A stretch of 64,000 bases of DNA from an uncultured Planctomycetota bacterium (GCA_963845755.1 CAWJTV010000031.1:64001-128000), one strand, 5' to 3'; shown: positions 42,790 through 55,548, counted from the first letter of the stretch. Numbers and translations are program-made. Notes: generated by a model from the sequence alone, not told the origin.

Positions 42790-45700
42790 ATGGCGGACGA
42801 AGTGTCTGTGTCGTCCTCGTCCTTCGACCGCGACCCGATCGAACAACTGGCGGACTCGTTCATCGGCCGGTTCCGCGCCGGCGAACGGCCGAGCATCGAG
42901 GAGTACGCCGTCAAGTACCCTGACCTGGCCGAAGAGATCCGCGAACTACTCCCAGCCCTGGTCGAGCTGGAGCTGAACCAGTCGCCGGACGGCACGGCAA
43001 CGGGAAGCATCGTGGAGAGTCTGCCCGGTTCCGGCGACGGTGCCGTTCCGGTCCCCGATCAACTGGGCGACTATCTCATCCTCCGCGAGATCGGCCGGGG
43101 CGGGATGGGGGTCGTCTATGAGGCCGTGCAACAGTCGTTGGGCCGGCACGTGGCACTCAAGGTCTTGCCCCAGCACAGCCTGGCAGGATCATCACATCTG
43201 GAACGGTTCAGACTGGAGGCGCGCGCCGCGGCTCGGCTGCACCACACGAATATCGTGCCGGTTTTTGGCGTCGGCGAGCAGCAGGGCGTGCACTTCTACG
43301 CGATGCAGTTCATCCAGGGACAAGGGCTGGATGAGGTGTTCGAGGAGTTGCGGCGGTTGAGGGGTGGCCAATCTCCGGCCGTGAAGCCCGTTGAACCTCC
43401 GCGCACCGGGATGGATCGGGCGTTGGCGCTGGCGGCGACCCAAGGGTTGCTGACGGGACAGTTTCCGGCGGCAGAGGTCGTCGCACGTCCTGAAACGGGT
43501 TCGGATTCGTCCGCCGCGTTGACCCAGGGCTCTGCGACCGATGCCGGGGTCGGCGAGTTCGAGCCGACCTCCGCCCGATCGGGGCTCTCCGGCGATTCGG
43601 GGATGTCGACCCATTCCGAGCTGTCAGGGACGCAGGCCGAGACGCAGTATTATCGATCGGTGGCGCGGGTGGGGTTGCAGGTGGCCGAGGGACTGGCGTA
43701 CGCGCATTCCCAGGGGATCGTGCATCGGGATATCAAGCCGTCGAACCTGCTCCTGGACGCTAAAGGCACGATCTGGGTGACGGACTTCGGCCTGGCCAAG
43801 TCGGAGGGGACCGATGCGCTGACCCACACCGGAGACATCATCGGTACGCTACGGTACATGGCGCCGGAACGGTTCGACGGCTGGTCCGACCCCCGGAGCG
43901 ATGTCTATTCGCTGGGCGTGACGCTCTACGAGCTCTTGACCCTCCAGTATCTTTTCCAGGAGCCGAATCGGGCGAAGCTGATCGATCGGGTGATGCATGA
44001 TGTTCCGCCCTCGCCTCGAAAGCTGGACAGGAAGGTCCCGCGCGATCTGGAGACGATCGTCTTGAAGGCGATCGCCAAGGAGCCGGGTCAGCGCTATGCC
44101 TCGTCCGAGCAGATGGCCGAAGACTTGCGCCGTTTCCTGGCGGACAAGCCGGTGCTGGCCCGGCGCACGAGCCCGGCGGAGCAAGCCTGGCGATGGTGCC
44201 GGCGCAACAAGGGGCTGGCCGCTGCCAGCGCGTTGGCGATCGTCGGCCTGGTGGCGGCGGTCGTCGTCCTGGCGATCAGCAACGCGCGGATCGCGCGGAC
44301 CAGCCGGGATCTGGCCACGGCCTTGGACGACAAGGACGGCGCCTTGAAAGCGGCCCGAGAGAGCGAGACCCAGACGAAGTCCAGCGCGGCCGAGAGGGAC
44401 CGTCAGCGGCTACGGGCCGAGGCTGGCGAGGCCCAGGCCCGCGCCGCGGTCGACCAGTTCCTGACCCGCGTCACCGAGGAGGCGCTCTTGAAGGCTCCCG
44501 GTCTTCAGCCCCTCCGCCGAGACCTGCTCCGATCGGCGCTGACGTTCTACGATGAATTCCTCAAGCAGCGGGGCGACGAACCGGGCCTCCGCGCCGCGAT
44601 GGCGGACGTGCATCGCCGCGTGGGCAATATCCAGCGCGACCTCGGCGACGATAATGGTCGGCGCAAGTCGTTCCTGACCGCACGGTCGATCTACGAGGTG
44701 CTGGTCCAGGAGAAGCCCGGTGACCGCGACGCCCAGGCTGGGCTAGCCGACTCCCAGTTCCGCCTCGGTGCCAACTCCGAGGCGGCTAAGCTCTATGAAA
44801 GCCTGGTCAAACTCGATCCAAAGAACCCTCGGTACCGCCACGAGCTGGCCTCAGCCTACAACTCCCAGGCCAACAGCCAGAACGATCCTCAGAAGGTCGC
44901 CGAGGTCCTGGAGCGCATCGCAAGGCATTGGCCCTGCGTGAGGGCCTCGCCCGGGAGTTTCCCGACGACCCCGAGGCCCGGGCCAACCTGGGTGCGACGC
45001 TCAACAACCTCGGCGTCGTGCTCGCGAGGCAGGGCCACTCGCAGGATGCACTCGCGATGTATCTCCGTTCGGTCGAACACGATGAAGCCGCCGTTGCCAA
45101 GGCCCCCCAGGTCATCCAGTACGCCCGGTTCCTGGGGACGAGTTATGGCAATGTGGCGCGGACGCTCCAGAGTCTGGGGCGGCAAGTCGAGGCGTTCCGG
45201 GCGTTTCAGAAGACCATCGAGCACTGGCGGCGCATGGTCGCGCGAGAACCCCGAGGTGCCGGTCTTCCGGGCGCGGCTCTATTCGGATTCCCTTGGCTTC
45301 GCTCGTTCCCTCGTCGACGTGGGCCGGAAGGCCGAAGCGGCCGAGTGGTTCAGCCTGGCGGCCCGGACGATGGAGGATATGCCGCGCAAGATCGGGGGCG
45401 ATCTTTATAACCTGGCCTGCGCTCAGGCCCTTGCCGCCACCGCAGTCGGCGAGGGCCCAGGCGGCTTGACGGCCGAGGACAGCCAGGAGCGCGAACGGTT
45501 GATTGCCGCCGCGATGGACTCGCTGCGCCGGTCGATCGAGATGGGCGCCGAGAACGCCGAGAAGATGCGGACCCACGAGGACCTGGCGATCCTTCGCGGC
45601 CGCGCCGACTTCCAGTCCCTCGTCGCCCGAAAGCAAGCGGCTGAGGAGGCCGCCGCCCTGGCCAAGCGCGGGGAATCGGGGACGGGCGCAGAGAAGCTCA

Positions 45701-48700
45701 AGGCCGGGCAAGAGGCCCTGGCGGCGCGAGCCAAGCTCGCCCTGGAAGACCCACGAAGCCGCCGCCACCGCGCCGACATGGCGGCCAGTCAGCACGCCAT
45801 CGGCCAGGTCCTCACCGACCTTGGCCGGCTGGATGAGGCCGTGAAGACCTTGAAGGAGGCCCTGGCCTCCCGCGAGGCACTGGTCAAGGACGAGTCCAAG
45901 GACGTCCGTTACCAGCTCGACGTGGGCTGGACGAGATTGGCCCTGGGGAAGGTCCACTGGAAGGCCCTCCGATTCGATCAGGCCCACCGCGAGTGGATGA
46001 GCGGGCTGCGCGCGATGGAGGCCGCCCTCCGCGACGAGCTTGATGATAGCCCCGCACGGAACGAGCTGGACGCCGCGTGGATCGACGTCGCCGACAAGCT
46101 CCTCCGGCTCGAACTCTGGGAGGAAGCCGGCGCGCTCCTGGATCGCGCCTTCCGGCGGAATCCCGCAAGCCTGACTCCATTCGACGGCCACTCCTGGCAT
46201 ATTCAGGCCATGCTTCGGCACCAGGCCGGCGACTCGGCGGGATACCGCGCCAGTTGCACCGAGTTCTTCAAGCAGTTCAAGAATGCCGAGAACAAATTCA
46301 ATCTCTACAGGGCCTGCTGGTCGGGCCCGAACGCGCTGGACGACCTCAAGGTCCTCGTCCCGATGGTGGACGCGGACTTCGCGCGCCACCGCACCGACCC
46401 CTGGTACATTCTCCACGCCGTGATGGTGCACGCGCGGGCCGGTGACTATGCCAAGGCGCTGGAGATCTTCCAGGGCGGCCCGCCGAGTTTCCGAGAATCG
46501 CCGTCGTACGCGGCGCATCTGGCACTGATCTTGCACCACCTGGGACGCGACGACGAGGCCCGCCGATCCCTATCGAAGTCCGATCAGAAGTTCGAGCGGG
46601 CTTTCCGTGGCATGGCGTCTGAGCCCCTGCGGTCCTCACTTGAGGATTCCATCGCTGTCGTCGTCCTGGAAGAATCCATCCGTCGCGAGGTGCACGCGGA
46701 ACTCGACGGCAAGCCGTTAGCAGACGACCCTTATTTCCTACTCTCCCGCGCCCGCGTGCTCGGGCGAATGGGCCGCGAACAGGAGGCCGAGAAGGCGTTT
46801 GCCGCCGCCTTGGCCATCAAGCCCGGCGACCCTCAGATTGTCGCCGCATCGGCTCGGGTTCTCGCCGAACTGGGCCGCGACTCGGGGAGCCAGGAGGCCA
46901 GGTCGCGCGCCTTGTCTCTGTTCGACCAGGCCCTCGCCGCGCGGCCTGACGACGTCGAGCTGCTCCGGGCCCGGGCCGAACTCCGCGCCCAGCGGGGGGA
47001 TTGGGACAAGGCCACGGCGGATCTCGGCCGCCTGTTCGCATCGAAGGAGTCGCAATCCCGCTGGTTCGTGGCCGGGACCTGGGTCGTCGGTCCCTATCCT
47101 TTCGATGAGGCCAAGCTCGATTCCGAGCTCGCCCGGTCGCTGCCGCCGGAGTCGAATCCGGACCCGCGCGGCCCATCGTCGGCCCCGACGGCAAGGCCGC
47201 CCTCGCGTGGAAATTGGCCACTCTCAACGCCGACGGCTACCTCGACCTGGCGCCCTGGTGCAGCCCAAGGATCGGGTCTCCACCTACGTCCTCGTCCGCG
47301 TCTACGCCCCCGAGGACCGCGACGTGGTCGCGCTGGTCGCCAACGACGACTGGCTCCGCTTCTGGTGCAATGGAGAGCTGATCCTGGCCCAGCCGCTGTT
47401 GCTCGGTGCGCTCGTCCCCGTGCCCGTCCGCCTCCACGCCGGGTGGAATACGCTCCTGGCCAAGGTATCGAACCAGGAATATGCGTACTCCCTGAATCTC
47501 AAGCTCACCACCGACTTCGAAGAGGTCGCCCGCGCCTTCGGAACCTACGTGGACCAACGGGGCTGGAATGACGAGGCGGCGGCGCGGCTCGAGCGACTCT
47601 ACGCCATGATCCCTGACCGCCACGGCGCGTGGGAGAACCCGGATGAACCGCTCGCCGCCCAGGTCGCCCGGCGCGACGTCGTTTTCCGCCGCGTCATCGC
47701 GTCGCGGCCGAAGGACTCACTGCTCTGGGCGGAGCGGGGACGTCACCTCGCCTGGCTTGGCAAGTGGGACGAGGCGCTGGCCGCGTACGATAAGATGATC
47801 CACGATCACCCGGACCCCGAGGACGCCTTCGTGGAGTACGCGAGCATCCTGCTCCTGAAAGGAGACGTTCCAGCCTACCGAAAATGGTGCGTGAAGCTGG
47901 CCGAGCGATTCGGGCAGACCGAGGGACCATTCGCCGGCTCCATGCTGTCCCGTGTTTGCGGATTGACCCCCGATGCGTTGACCGACCCGGCGCGGCTGGT
48001 TCTCTGGGCCGAATGGGCCATTGCGAAAAAACCCTCATCGCCTCGGTATCTTCACGATCTGGGCATGGCCCACCTCCGATCCGGTCATCCCGAGAAAGCC
48101 GTGAAAGCGTTCCGGGCCTCGATCGACGCCGGCGAAGACGGCGTGCGGAACTGGTACGGCCTGGCGCTCGCGCACTGGCGCCTGGATCACTTCGTGGAGG
48201 CTGGTCGCTGGTCGGAGAAGGCGGACGGGCTGGATGGAGGCGAAGGAGTCCGAGTTCGCCGATCGGACGACCCACCCGACGCCGCCCATCTACGCTCCCG
48301 ATTGGCTCGAGGCCCTGCTCCTCCGTCGCGAGGCCGAGTCGCTGCTGGGCAAGCGGCGGCTTGGGGATGTCGTGCTTATGGACCGGACCGCGCCCTCGGG
48401 CCAGGTGCTCCGGTTACCGCTCGGGCTGGTCGAGTTGAGGCACGACTCGCCGCGGAACGGGGCCGCGGGATCGTTCAGGGTGGTGGCTCCATTCCGGACC
48501 AGGTCCCCCGTGGCCGACGGCACGATCAGCCGCGACGAGTATGGCCCGCCGCTGGCGATCGACTTCACCGGCGACGCCAACCCGGGCCGGCTCTTCTCGT
48601 TGAACTCGCCGAAGCTGGTGATTGACCCGAAGGATCTCAGCGCCGAGTTGTTCATGGCCTACACGAAGACTGACCTGTTCATCGCCGTCAAGGTCCGCGA

Positions 48701-49337
48701 CGACGTCCTCATCACCAATCCGGGCCTCGCTTCGTATCTCAACGACTCCGTTGAGCTGTACCTCGACGGCGACCGAGTTAGTGGAGACCTCAAGCCCAAC
48801 GAGGATACGGGGAACCGGGAAGGCTTCCAGATTACCTCGGGCGCCACCGGCCGGAAGTACGCCTGCGGCCTGGGGAGCACCGATCAAGACTATGTCGCGA
48901 GAACCTCCACGTTCGATGGCGGCTACATCGTCGAATTCCGGATTCCGCTCGCCAACATCGACATCGACGACGGGGCAGAGGTCACGGCCCCCGGTCCTGG
49001 CGCGACCCTCCGGTTCAACCTGGGGATCGTCGACAACGACGAGCCGGTCGAGAACCAGCAGCGCTACGGCGTCCTCTGGATCGAGGACCGCACGAAGTCG
49101 CCGTACGGGGAAGGAGAAGGGACCTGGCTGGTCGATCTCCACCTGGCCCGACCGGTGAAGTACGAGCTGGTCGAAGGTCCCAAGGGCGCGGCGATCGACC
49201 CCGAGACCGGCGTGTTGACCTGGAAGACTCCCGAGGAGCCTCAGGTCGCGAAGGTCACCGTTCGCGTAGTCGACGCCGAGAAGCCCGAGCTCACCGCCGA
49301 GGCGAGCTTCACGATTACCACCATAGCCAAGCCTTGA
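42790..49337 (+). CDS. giant membrane Ser/Thr kinase (~2,180 aa): kinase-TM-TPRs-PA14/galactose-binding-like-TPRs-CBM9-like-Ig-like; about five frameshifts (~44915, ~45240, ~47165, ~47255, ~48225)
   Basis: Kinase motifs GRGGMG, VALK, HRDIKPSN, DFG, APE; TM at aa ~475-497; TPR patterns. Fragments 44928.., 46799..48625 and 48234..49337 continue the protein. Confidence 0.85.
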
Positions 49338-49416
49338 GGTCGGGCATTCTCCGAGCCCTAGGCGCATAACAGATGGGTTGCGCGACACTCTGTCAGCCGA
49401 TATTCTGCAGACTGAC

Positions 49417-49596
49417 GGGCCGCGGAACCCAGCCCAGGGTGAAACCCGGGGACTGGTGCACCCTGCGCCTTCCTCGTGCACCCTCAAGGGGTGCAGGAAG
49501 ACGCCTGCGGCCATTCAGGCCGCCGGGGATGGGGGCTGGCTTGCCGCGGACCCCGGGTTTCACCCGGGGCTTTGCTCCTGCGGCCCTGAGGGCCGC
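49417..49596. repeat. REP/MITE-like nested palindromic element
   Basis: Arms GGGCCGCGGAACCCAGCCCAGGGTGAAACCCGGGG and CCCCGGGTTTCACCCGGGGCTTTGCTCCTGCGGCCC. Inner hairpins GCACCCTCAAGGGGTGC and GCGGCCATTCAGGCCGC. Confidence 0.75.
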
Positions 49597-49894
49597 GGCC
49601 GAACATCGTGCTTCCTGGCTGTGGTGGGCTCGATCGCTCGCGCCGGGCGCGTGCGCAATGCAATCGTTACGCGCTCTAACATTCCTCACGGCGTCTTTCA
49701 AACCCGAAGTGTCAACGAGGCAACGGTTTGATGCCCTCGATCACGCTTCGGGTTAGTGTCCCCAGAGGCCACGTGCAGTATAACGCCCATGGGAACCAAC
49801 AACACCCGATCGGCGCTGGACGATGATCGGTAGGAGGGCGATAATGCTGCTCGAGGCTCGTACCGAGAATCTGGATCCAGGGAGCCCAGCAGAC

Positions 49895-50428
49895 ATGGCC
49901 AGAATCCGGCCTTTCCAGAACGACGACTCTGATCCAGTGAGTCGCGCTGCGTTGGACGAGATCCTTTCGGCGCACGGCCGAGCCACGAATATGAAGCGGA
50001 CACTGGCCCGCGCGCCGGTCGCGCTGCACGCGCTGATGACCTGGTATGATCTGCGCGATGAAGTCGTACCTTTCCTCGGCGAGCGGCTGACGACCCTCTT
50101 CGCACACGCCATCTCAGCCGGGACGGATTGCCTCGTCTGTTCGACCTTCTTCCGGCGGATCTTGATCGACTCGGGCGAAGATCCCGAATCGCTGCGGCTG
50201 GACGATTGGGAACAGACGATCGTCGACTACGGCCGGCAACTGGCTAAGGATCCTCACGGGGTTTCTGATGAGCTCTTCGCGCGCCTGGCCGCCCGGCTCC
50301 GGCCCGAGCAGATCGTCGCGCTGACCGCCTTCGGTGGCCTCATGGTCGCGACCAACCTCTTCAACAACGCGCTCCAAGTCGACCTGGATGAGTATTTGCA
50401 CGGCTACCGCAAGGAGGACGGAAGATGA
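49895..50428 (+). CDS. carboxymuconolactone decarboxylase/AhpD-like protein (CxxC)
   Basis: TNMKRTLARAP, AISAGTDCLVCSTFF, ATNLFNNAL; ATGA-coupled to the SDR gene. Confidence 0.75.
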   Translation: MARIRPFQNDDSDPVSRAALDEILSAHGRATNMKRTLARAPVALHALMTWYDLRDEVVPFLGERLTTLFAHAISAGTDCLVCSTFFRRILIDSGEDPESLRLDDWEQTIVDYGRQLAKDPHGVSDELFARLAARLRPEQIVALTAFGGLMVATNLFNNALQVDLDEYLHGYRKEDGR

Positions 50429-51239
50429 CCCAGGCGGCATCGGAGTTGGCCGGTCAGGTCGCCGTCATCACGGGCGCGGCGCACGGGCAAGGGCGAGCGA
50501 CGGCCCTGGCGATGGCCCGTGAGGGGGTTCGGATCGCGGCACTCGACGTCGCGCGGCCGCTGGCTTATCCCGGCTATCCCATGGGATCGTCCGACGATCT
50601 CGAGAGCCTGGCCCACGAGTGCCGCGAGATGGGTGTGGACTGCCTGACGTTCGCCGCCGACGTCCGCGACGATGCCGCCGTCAGCGCGGCGGTGTGTGCC
50701 ACCGTCGATCGGTTCGGTCGCATCGACGTGCTATTCAATAACGCAGGCATTTGCGGTTACGGACTGGCGCACGAGCTGACCGAAGCCGCATGGGACGTCA
50801 TGCTCGACATCAACCTCAAGGGCGCCTGGCTGGTCGCGCGGCGGGTGATTCCAGTCATGATCGAACGAGGCCGCGGCGTGATCATCAACAATTCCTCGGT
50901 GGCCGGCCTCGCGGAATGGCCCGGCTCAGTCATTATGCGGCATCGAAGTGGGGACTCGTCGGGCTGACCAGGTCCTGGGCCATTGAGCTGGCCCCATACA
51001 ACATCCGGGTCGTCGCACTCTGCCCCACGGGTGTGAACACGCCGATGAACGACGGACTCGCGATGCTCGAAGGCAAGACTCCCCGCGAGATCGCCGAACG
51101 TTCCGCCGGCAATCTGCTTCCCATGCCCTGGATCGAGCCGCAGGACGTTGCGGAGGCGGTGGTATTCCTGGCCTCACCGCGGGCGCGGGCGATCACCGGT
51201 TCGGAGTTCATCCTGGATGCGGGATTGCTCGCGCGTTGA
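50425..51239 (+). CDS. SDR oxidoreductase resembling the mycofactocin-associated subfamily (frameshift ~50910)
   Basis: TGAAHGQG, an insertion after the LDV strand (ARPLAYPGYPMGSSDDL), NNAG, YAASK and PTGVNTPM. Confidence 0.85.
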
Positions 51240-51391
51240 GATTCGTCAGGGCGGATGCTCGATGAGCGAGCTGGGAATCGGGCGCGAAGGGGATGGCTGG
51301 GGCCGAGACGACCTGGCTGGCGGATCCGTGGAGTCCGGATCCAGGGATGTCGCCGCGCGGTCGACGACCCCAGCCACCCACTCCTCGCTCG

Positions 51392-51715
51392 TTATCTGAC
51401 AGAGTTCGAATCGAGCGTGGCCTCGACGTAAGGCCGATCGGTCAAGAACGGGCCGGGATCGCGACGATGCCGCTCGGTCATGATTCCCGTCGGCAATTCA
51501 AGGTAGAGGACACGGATGATCTCGCTGTTATCAAGCCCAATACGGATGGCCACGGGAAGGCCTGGCGCGTCTTGGTTCTCGTCGGTTTCTCCGGCGAGCG
51601 TCGTCGGGATGGGTGCCGGCTCTTCGGTCTGGGGCTTGTCGCTGGGAAGGGCGGCTTGAGCCGTCAGCGCGACAAACAGCCGGGTCAACGGAAACACGCG
51701 AGATGCCCGATTCAT
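51392..51715 (-). CDS. hypothetical secreted protein (possibly frameshifted)
   Basis: GGAGG RBS before ATG 51715; signal-like N-terminus. Confidence 0.4.
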   Translation of the reverse strand: MNRASRVFPLTRLFVALTAQAALPSDKPQTEEPAPIPTTLAGETDENQDAPGLPVAIRIGLDNSEIIRVLYLELPTGIMTERHRRDPGPFLTDRPYVEATLDSNSVR

Positions 51716-51894
51716 GGGCTGGCCTCCGTGCCGAGAGAAAAGGGTTCCGTCCGCGCCTCCAAGGAACAAAGGGACGCGCCGGCGGACGTCCTTCGCGCGA
51801 GATTCCGCCTGCCGGCTTCATCTTGTAAGATGGATTCGAGTCGCGAGGCGGCGGGTTCTGGGAGTTCAGGGGCAAGTTGGGATCGAGGTGAGCG

Positions 51895-54800
51895 ATGGGG
51901 CTTGACCGCTACCGGCTCCTGGCGCAACTCGGGGCGGGTTGTGATGGGATCTCGTATCGCGCGGTGGCCGAGGATGGCGCCACGGAGATCGAGGTTCGCG
52001 ATCTGAGCCTGCGCGCGTGCGAATGCCGGGCGCTGGGAGCAATTGGTCCCTCGAATCCGGCTGGCAGCGAGTCTCGAACATCCTTCGGTGATCCGAGTCC
52101 TCGATGCGAGGCTCGATGACGGATCGCCCTGTATCATTTTGGAGTCGGTCGGCACGATCACGATGGCTGCGGCGGTCGGCGCCGATGGACCAAGACCGGG
52201 CGAGGAAGCGATCGAACTGGTCCGGACCGTGGCCGGCGTGCTGGAAGACGCGCATCGACTCGGGCTGGCCCACGGCCGGCTCGGGCCGGGGCAGGTCTTC
52301 CTTGTGGACGGGCGGCCGAGGCTCGACTTCACCGGCATCGACGCGGGATTTCCAGTCGGTTCGACGTCTGCCCGCATGCTCGACCTGGCTTGCCGCGATT
52401 CGCGAGCCAGTGGCGGCCCGGCGTCCGATCGGGCCGCCGATCTCTATGGTCTGGGCGTCCTGATCGTCTGGCTGCTGACGGGCGGGACCAGTCCAGCGGA
52501 CCGCGCTTCGTGCATCGCCGGACGGGTGGCCGACTCGCGACTCGGCGACCTGGTTCGCGAGTTGCTCGCGGATGAGCCGGCCGACCGGCCGTCGGCGCGT
52601 GAGGTTCGGGAGCGGCTCTCTGGGACGGCCTCGGACGCGGGGGCCGCGCCGGTCCCGTTCGACGCCACGGATGACTGGTCCGCGCCGGCGGCGGGGTTGG
52701 TCCCGTCGAGCTGGCCGACTCGTCCCGGGAAGAGCGATTCCCTGATCGTCGGGTTCGGGCTGAAAAGTGACATCCCGGCGCACGGTACCCTCGTTCTGGA
52801 CGCGGGCTGCCCCCGGCTGGGCCGGTATCGTCTGCTGGACAAACTCGGCGAGGGGGGACAGGGAATCGTGTATCGCGCCGAGGACCCGGCCCAGGGGATC
52901 ACGGTCGCCATCAAGGTCCTGCGGAGCGACCGGGCCGACGATGCGACGGTCCTCCGTCGGTTCCGCAAGGAGGCGCGGCTTATGGCCGAGGCCAATAACC
53001 CGCAGGTGGTCAACCTCCTGGAATTCAACGAGGAAGACGGCATCCCGTACCTGGTCCTGGAATTTGTGGCCGGCGATAGCCTCAGCGGCCTGTTGACGGA
53101 CCGAGCGCGGCTCTGACGAGACCCAGGCACTATCGATCATGGCTGAAGTGGTGCGCGGACTGATGGCGGCCCACGACCGCGGGATCGTCCATCGGGACAT
53201 CAAGCCGAGCAATATCCTCCTGCTCCCACCTGGCCCCGAGTCCGGGTCGGGTGCGCCTCGGATCAAGATCACCGACTTCGGGTTGGCCCGGCACGTCGTC
53301 GACACCGAGTCGCTGGCCCTGACCGCCGCGGGCGCCCTGCTGGGGACGCCCCACTACATGGCGCCGGAGCAATGGACCGGGCGTGCGATTGATGCGCGAA
53401 CGGATGTTTACGCGATGGGTGCCACGCTGTACCACCTCCTCTCGGGTCGGCCCCCGTTCGTGGGACATACACGCGACGACCTTGCTGGGCAGCACTGTAA
53501 CGAGCCGCCCCCCTCGCTCTCGACGCACAACTCGGCCCTCAGCGAGGGGATCGTACGGGTCGTCGGACGGGCCCTCGCCAAGCAGCCCGAGGATCGCTAT
53601 CTTGACGCCGGCGCGATGCTCCGCGACCTGGAAGCGCTCCTCCACGGCGAGCCGACCGGCATCCCCATGCACCCCATCCTGCCGGCCTGCGATCCCAGCC
53701 GAGTCCTCCGGTTCGAGTTCCGCTGGGAGCTGGAATCCGCGCCACGGCACCTCTGGCCGCTGGTGACCAACACGGACCGGCTCGACCGCGCGATCGGGTT
53801 CCCGGCCGTGCGTTATACGACCCGTCATGAAGAGGGGCGCGGGGTGCGAACCTTCGCCGAGGGTCGCAAGGCCGGGATGATCGAGATTGGTGAGGAGCAT
53901 CCGTACGAGTGGGTTGAGCCGCGGCGAATGGGCATCCTGCGCGAGTACAGCCAGGGACCGTTCGTCTGGCTAGTGAGCACCGTCGAGCTGATCCCACGAA
54001 GCGGGGGCGGAACGACGCTGGTCCACCGCCTCCACTTCGAGCCGAGGAACTGGAAGATTCGCGTCGGATCCCGTTGGGGGGTTGGAGTGGGCCTTCGCAA
54101 CCGCCTGGAGGGGGTCTATCGCCGCATTGACGCGACTGTGAAAGGTCAAGGTCGTCGCGGCGCGACGGCCGCCTTGGATCCGTTCGAGGAGCCCGCCGCG
54201 TTGCCGGGCCCAAGGCGGGTCCGGCTGGATCGACTGCTGGACCGTTTGTCCGAGCGGGGCATCGACGCGACCGTCGTCGATCGCCTGGGCGAGCACCTGG
54301 TCCAGGGATCGGTCCAGGAGATCGCCCGCCTCCGGCCGATCGCCCTGGCCGAGCGGTTCGGACTCGACCCTGATTCGGTTGTCGCCGCCTGCCTGCACGC
54401 GGCGCGCGACGGACTGCTCGAGCTCCATTGGGACCTGCTCTGCCCGGTTTGTCGCATCTCCTGCCAGGTCACCGACACGCTCCGCGCGATCGCCGAACAT
54501 GCCCACTGTGCGGCCTGCAACCTCGACTTCCAGCTCGACTTCGCCAACTCGATCGAGCTGATCTTCCGGGTGCATCCCGAGATCCGCGAGGCCGATCTGG
54601 GCACTTATTGCATTGGTGGCCCGGCGCATTCGCCGCACGTGCCGGCCCAGGTTCGCGTCGCGCCGCGCGAGCGAATCGAGCTGGACCTGGAACTGTCCGA
54701 AGGCTCGTATCGACTCCGAGGACCGCAATTGCCCTGGATGGTCGAGTTCCCGGTCCGGGGTTCGACCGGACTGCGTCGCTGGGAGATCGATCTCTCGCCA

Positions 54801-55548
54801 GGACGGACGCCCGAGGCCCCCGCCGGTCTGCGCGGGCGGCCAGGTGTTAATCCTGAACAACGGGCATGATCGGGAGCTGGTCATCCGCGTCGAGCGGACG
54901 GCATCGCGGAGCGATGCTTTGACCGCGGCGCGGGCCGCGTCGCTGGCCCTCTTCCGGGAGCTCTTCCCCGGCGAAGTACTGGCGCCTGGACAGCTCGCAA
55001 CCGTTTCGATGGTGACGCTCCTGGTAACGGCCCTCGAGCCCAGCCAGGCCGATGAGCTCTACCAGACCCTGGGCGACGCCCGCGCGTTCGGCGTGATTCA
55101 CGAGCACTTCCAGCGATTGGGCGAAGCAATCCGTCATGGCGGTGGTGCGGTCGTCAAGACGCAAGGAGACGGGATGGTTGCGTCGTTCGGCGATGTCACC
55201 GCGGCGGTCCGAACCGCGCTTGAGCTGCCGACCCGCCTCGCCGAGGGCGAGTCGACGGGCTCCCTGTCCTTGCGAGTCGGAGTCCACCGCGGACCCACCC
55301 TGGCCGCCACGCTCAACGACCAGCTCGACTACTTCGGGACGACGGCGCGTCAGGCCGCTGCAACTTTGCAATACGCCCGCGGCGGCGAGATGATCGTCAC
55401 CCAGGCTGTAGCGGCCGATCCCGAGGTTGCCGCCCTGCTGAACGAGCGGGGGATCGAGACCGCGGTCGTCCCGGCCAGCCTGGGCGGACAGACCCATGTG
55501 ATCCGCGTCCGTCTGGGGAGACGCGATCGATCGGAGGTACCCCAATGA
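51895..55548 (+). CDS. pseudokinase + Ser/Thr kinase + SRPBCC/START-like + Cys4 (DUF5939-like) + degenerate class III nucleotide cyclase (frameshifts ~52010, ~53114, ~54830)
   Basis: Joined fragments 51895.., 52043..53116, 53139..54869 and 54613..55548. Kinase 2: GEGGQG/VAIK/HRDIKPSN/DFG/APE. Also LWPLVTNTDRLDRAIG, CPVC...CAAC and cyclase VKTQGDG, RVGVHRG, DYFG. Confidence 0.85.

Noticed and set aside
54830..55548. Active adenylate/guanylate cyclase as a standalone gene
   Set aside because: No independent start or RBS, it continues the upstream protein via a frameshift, and key catalytic residues are absent.
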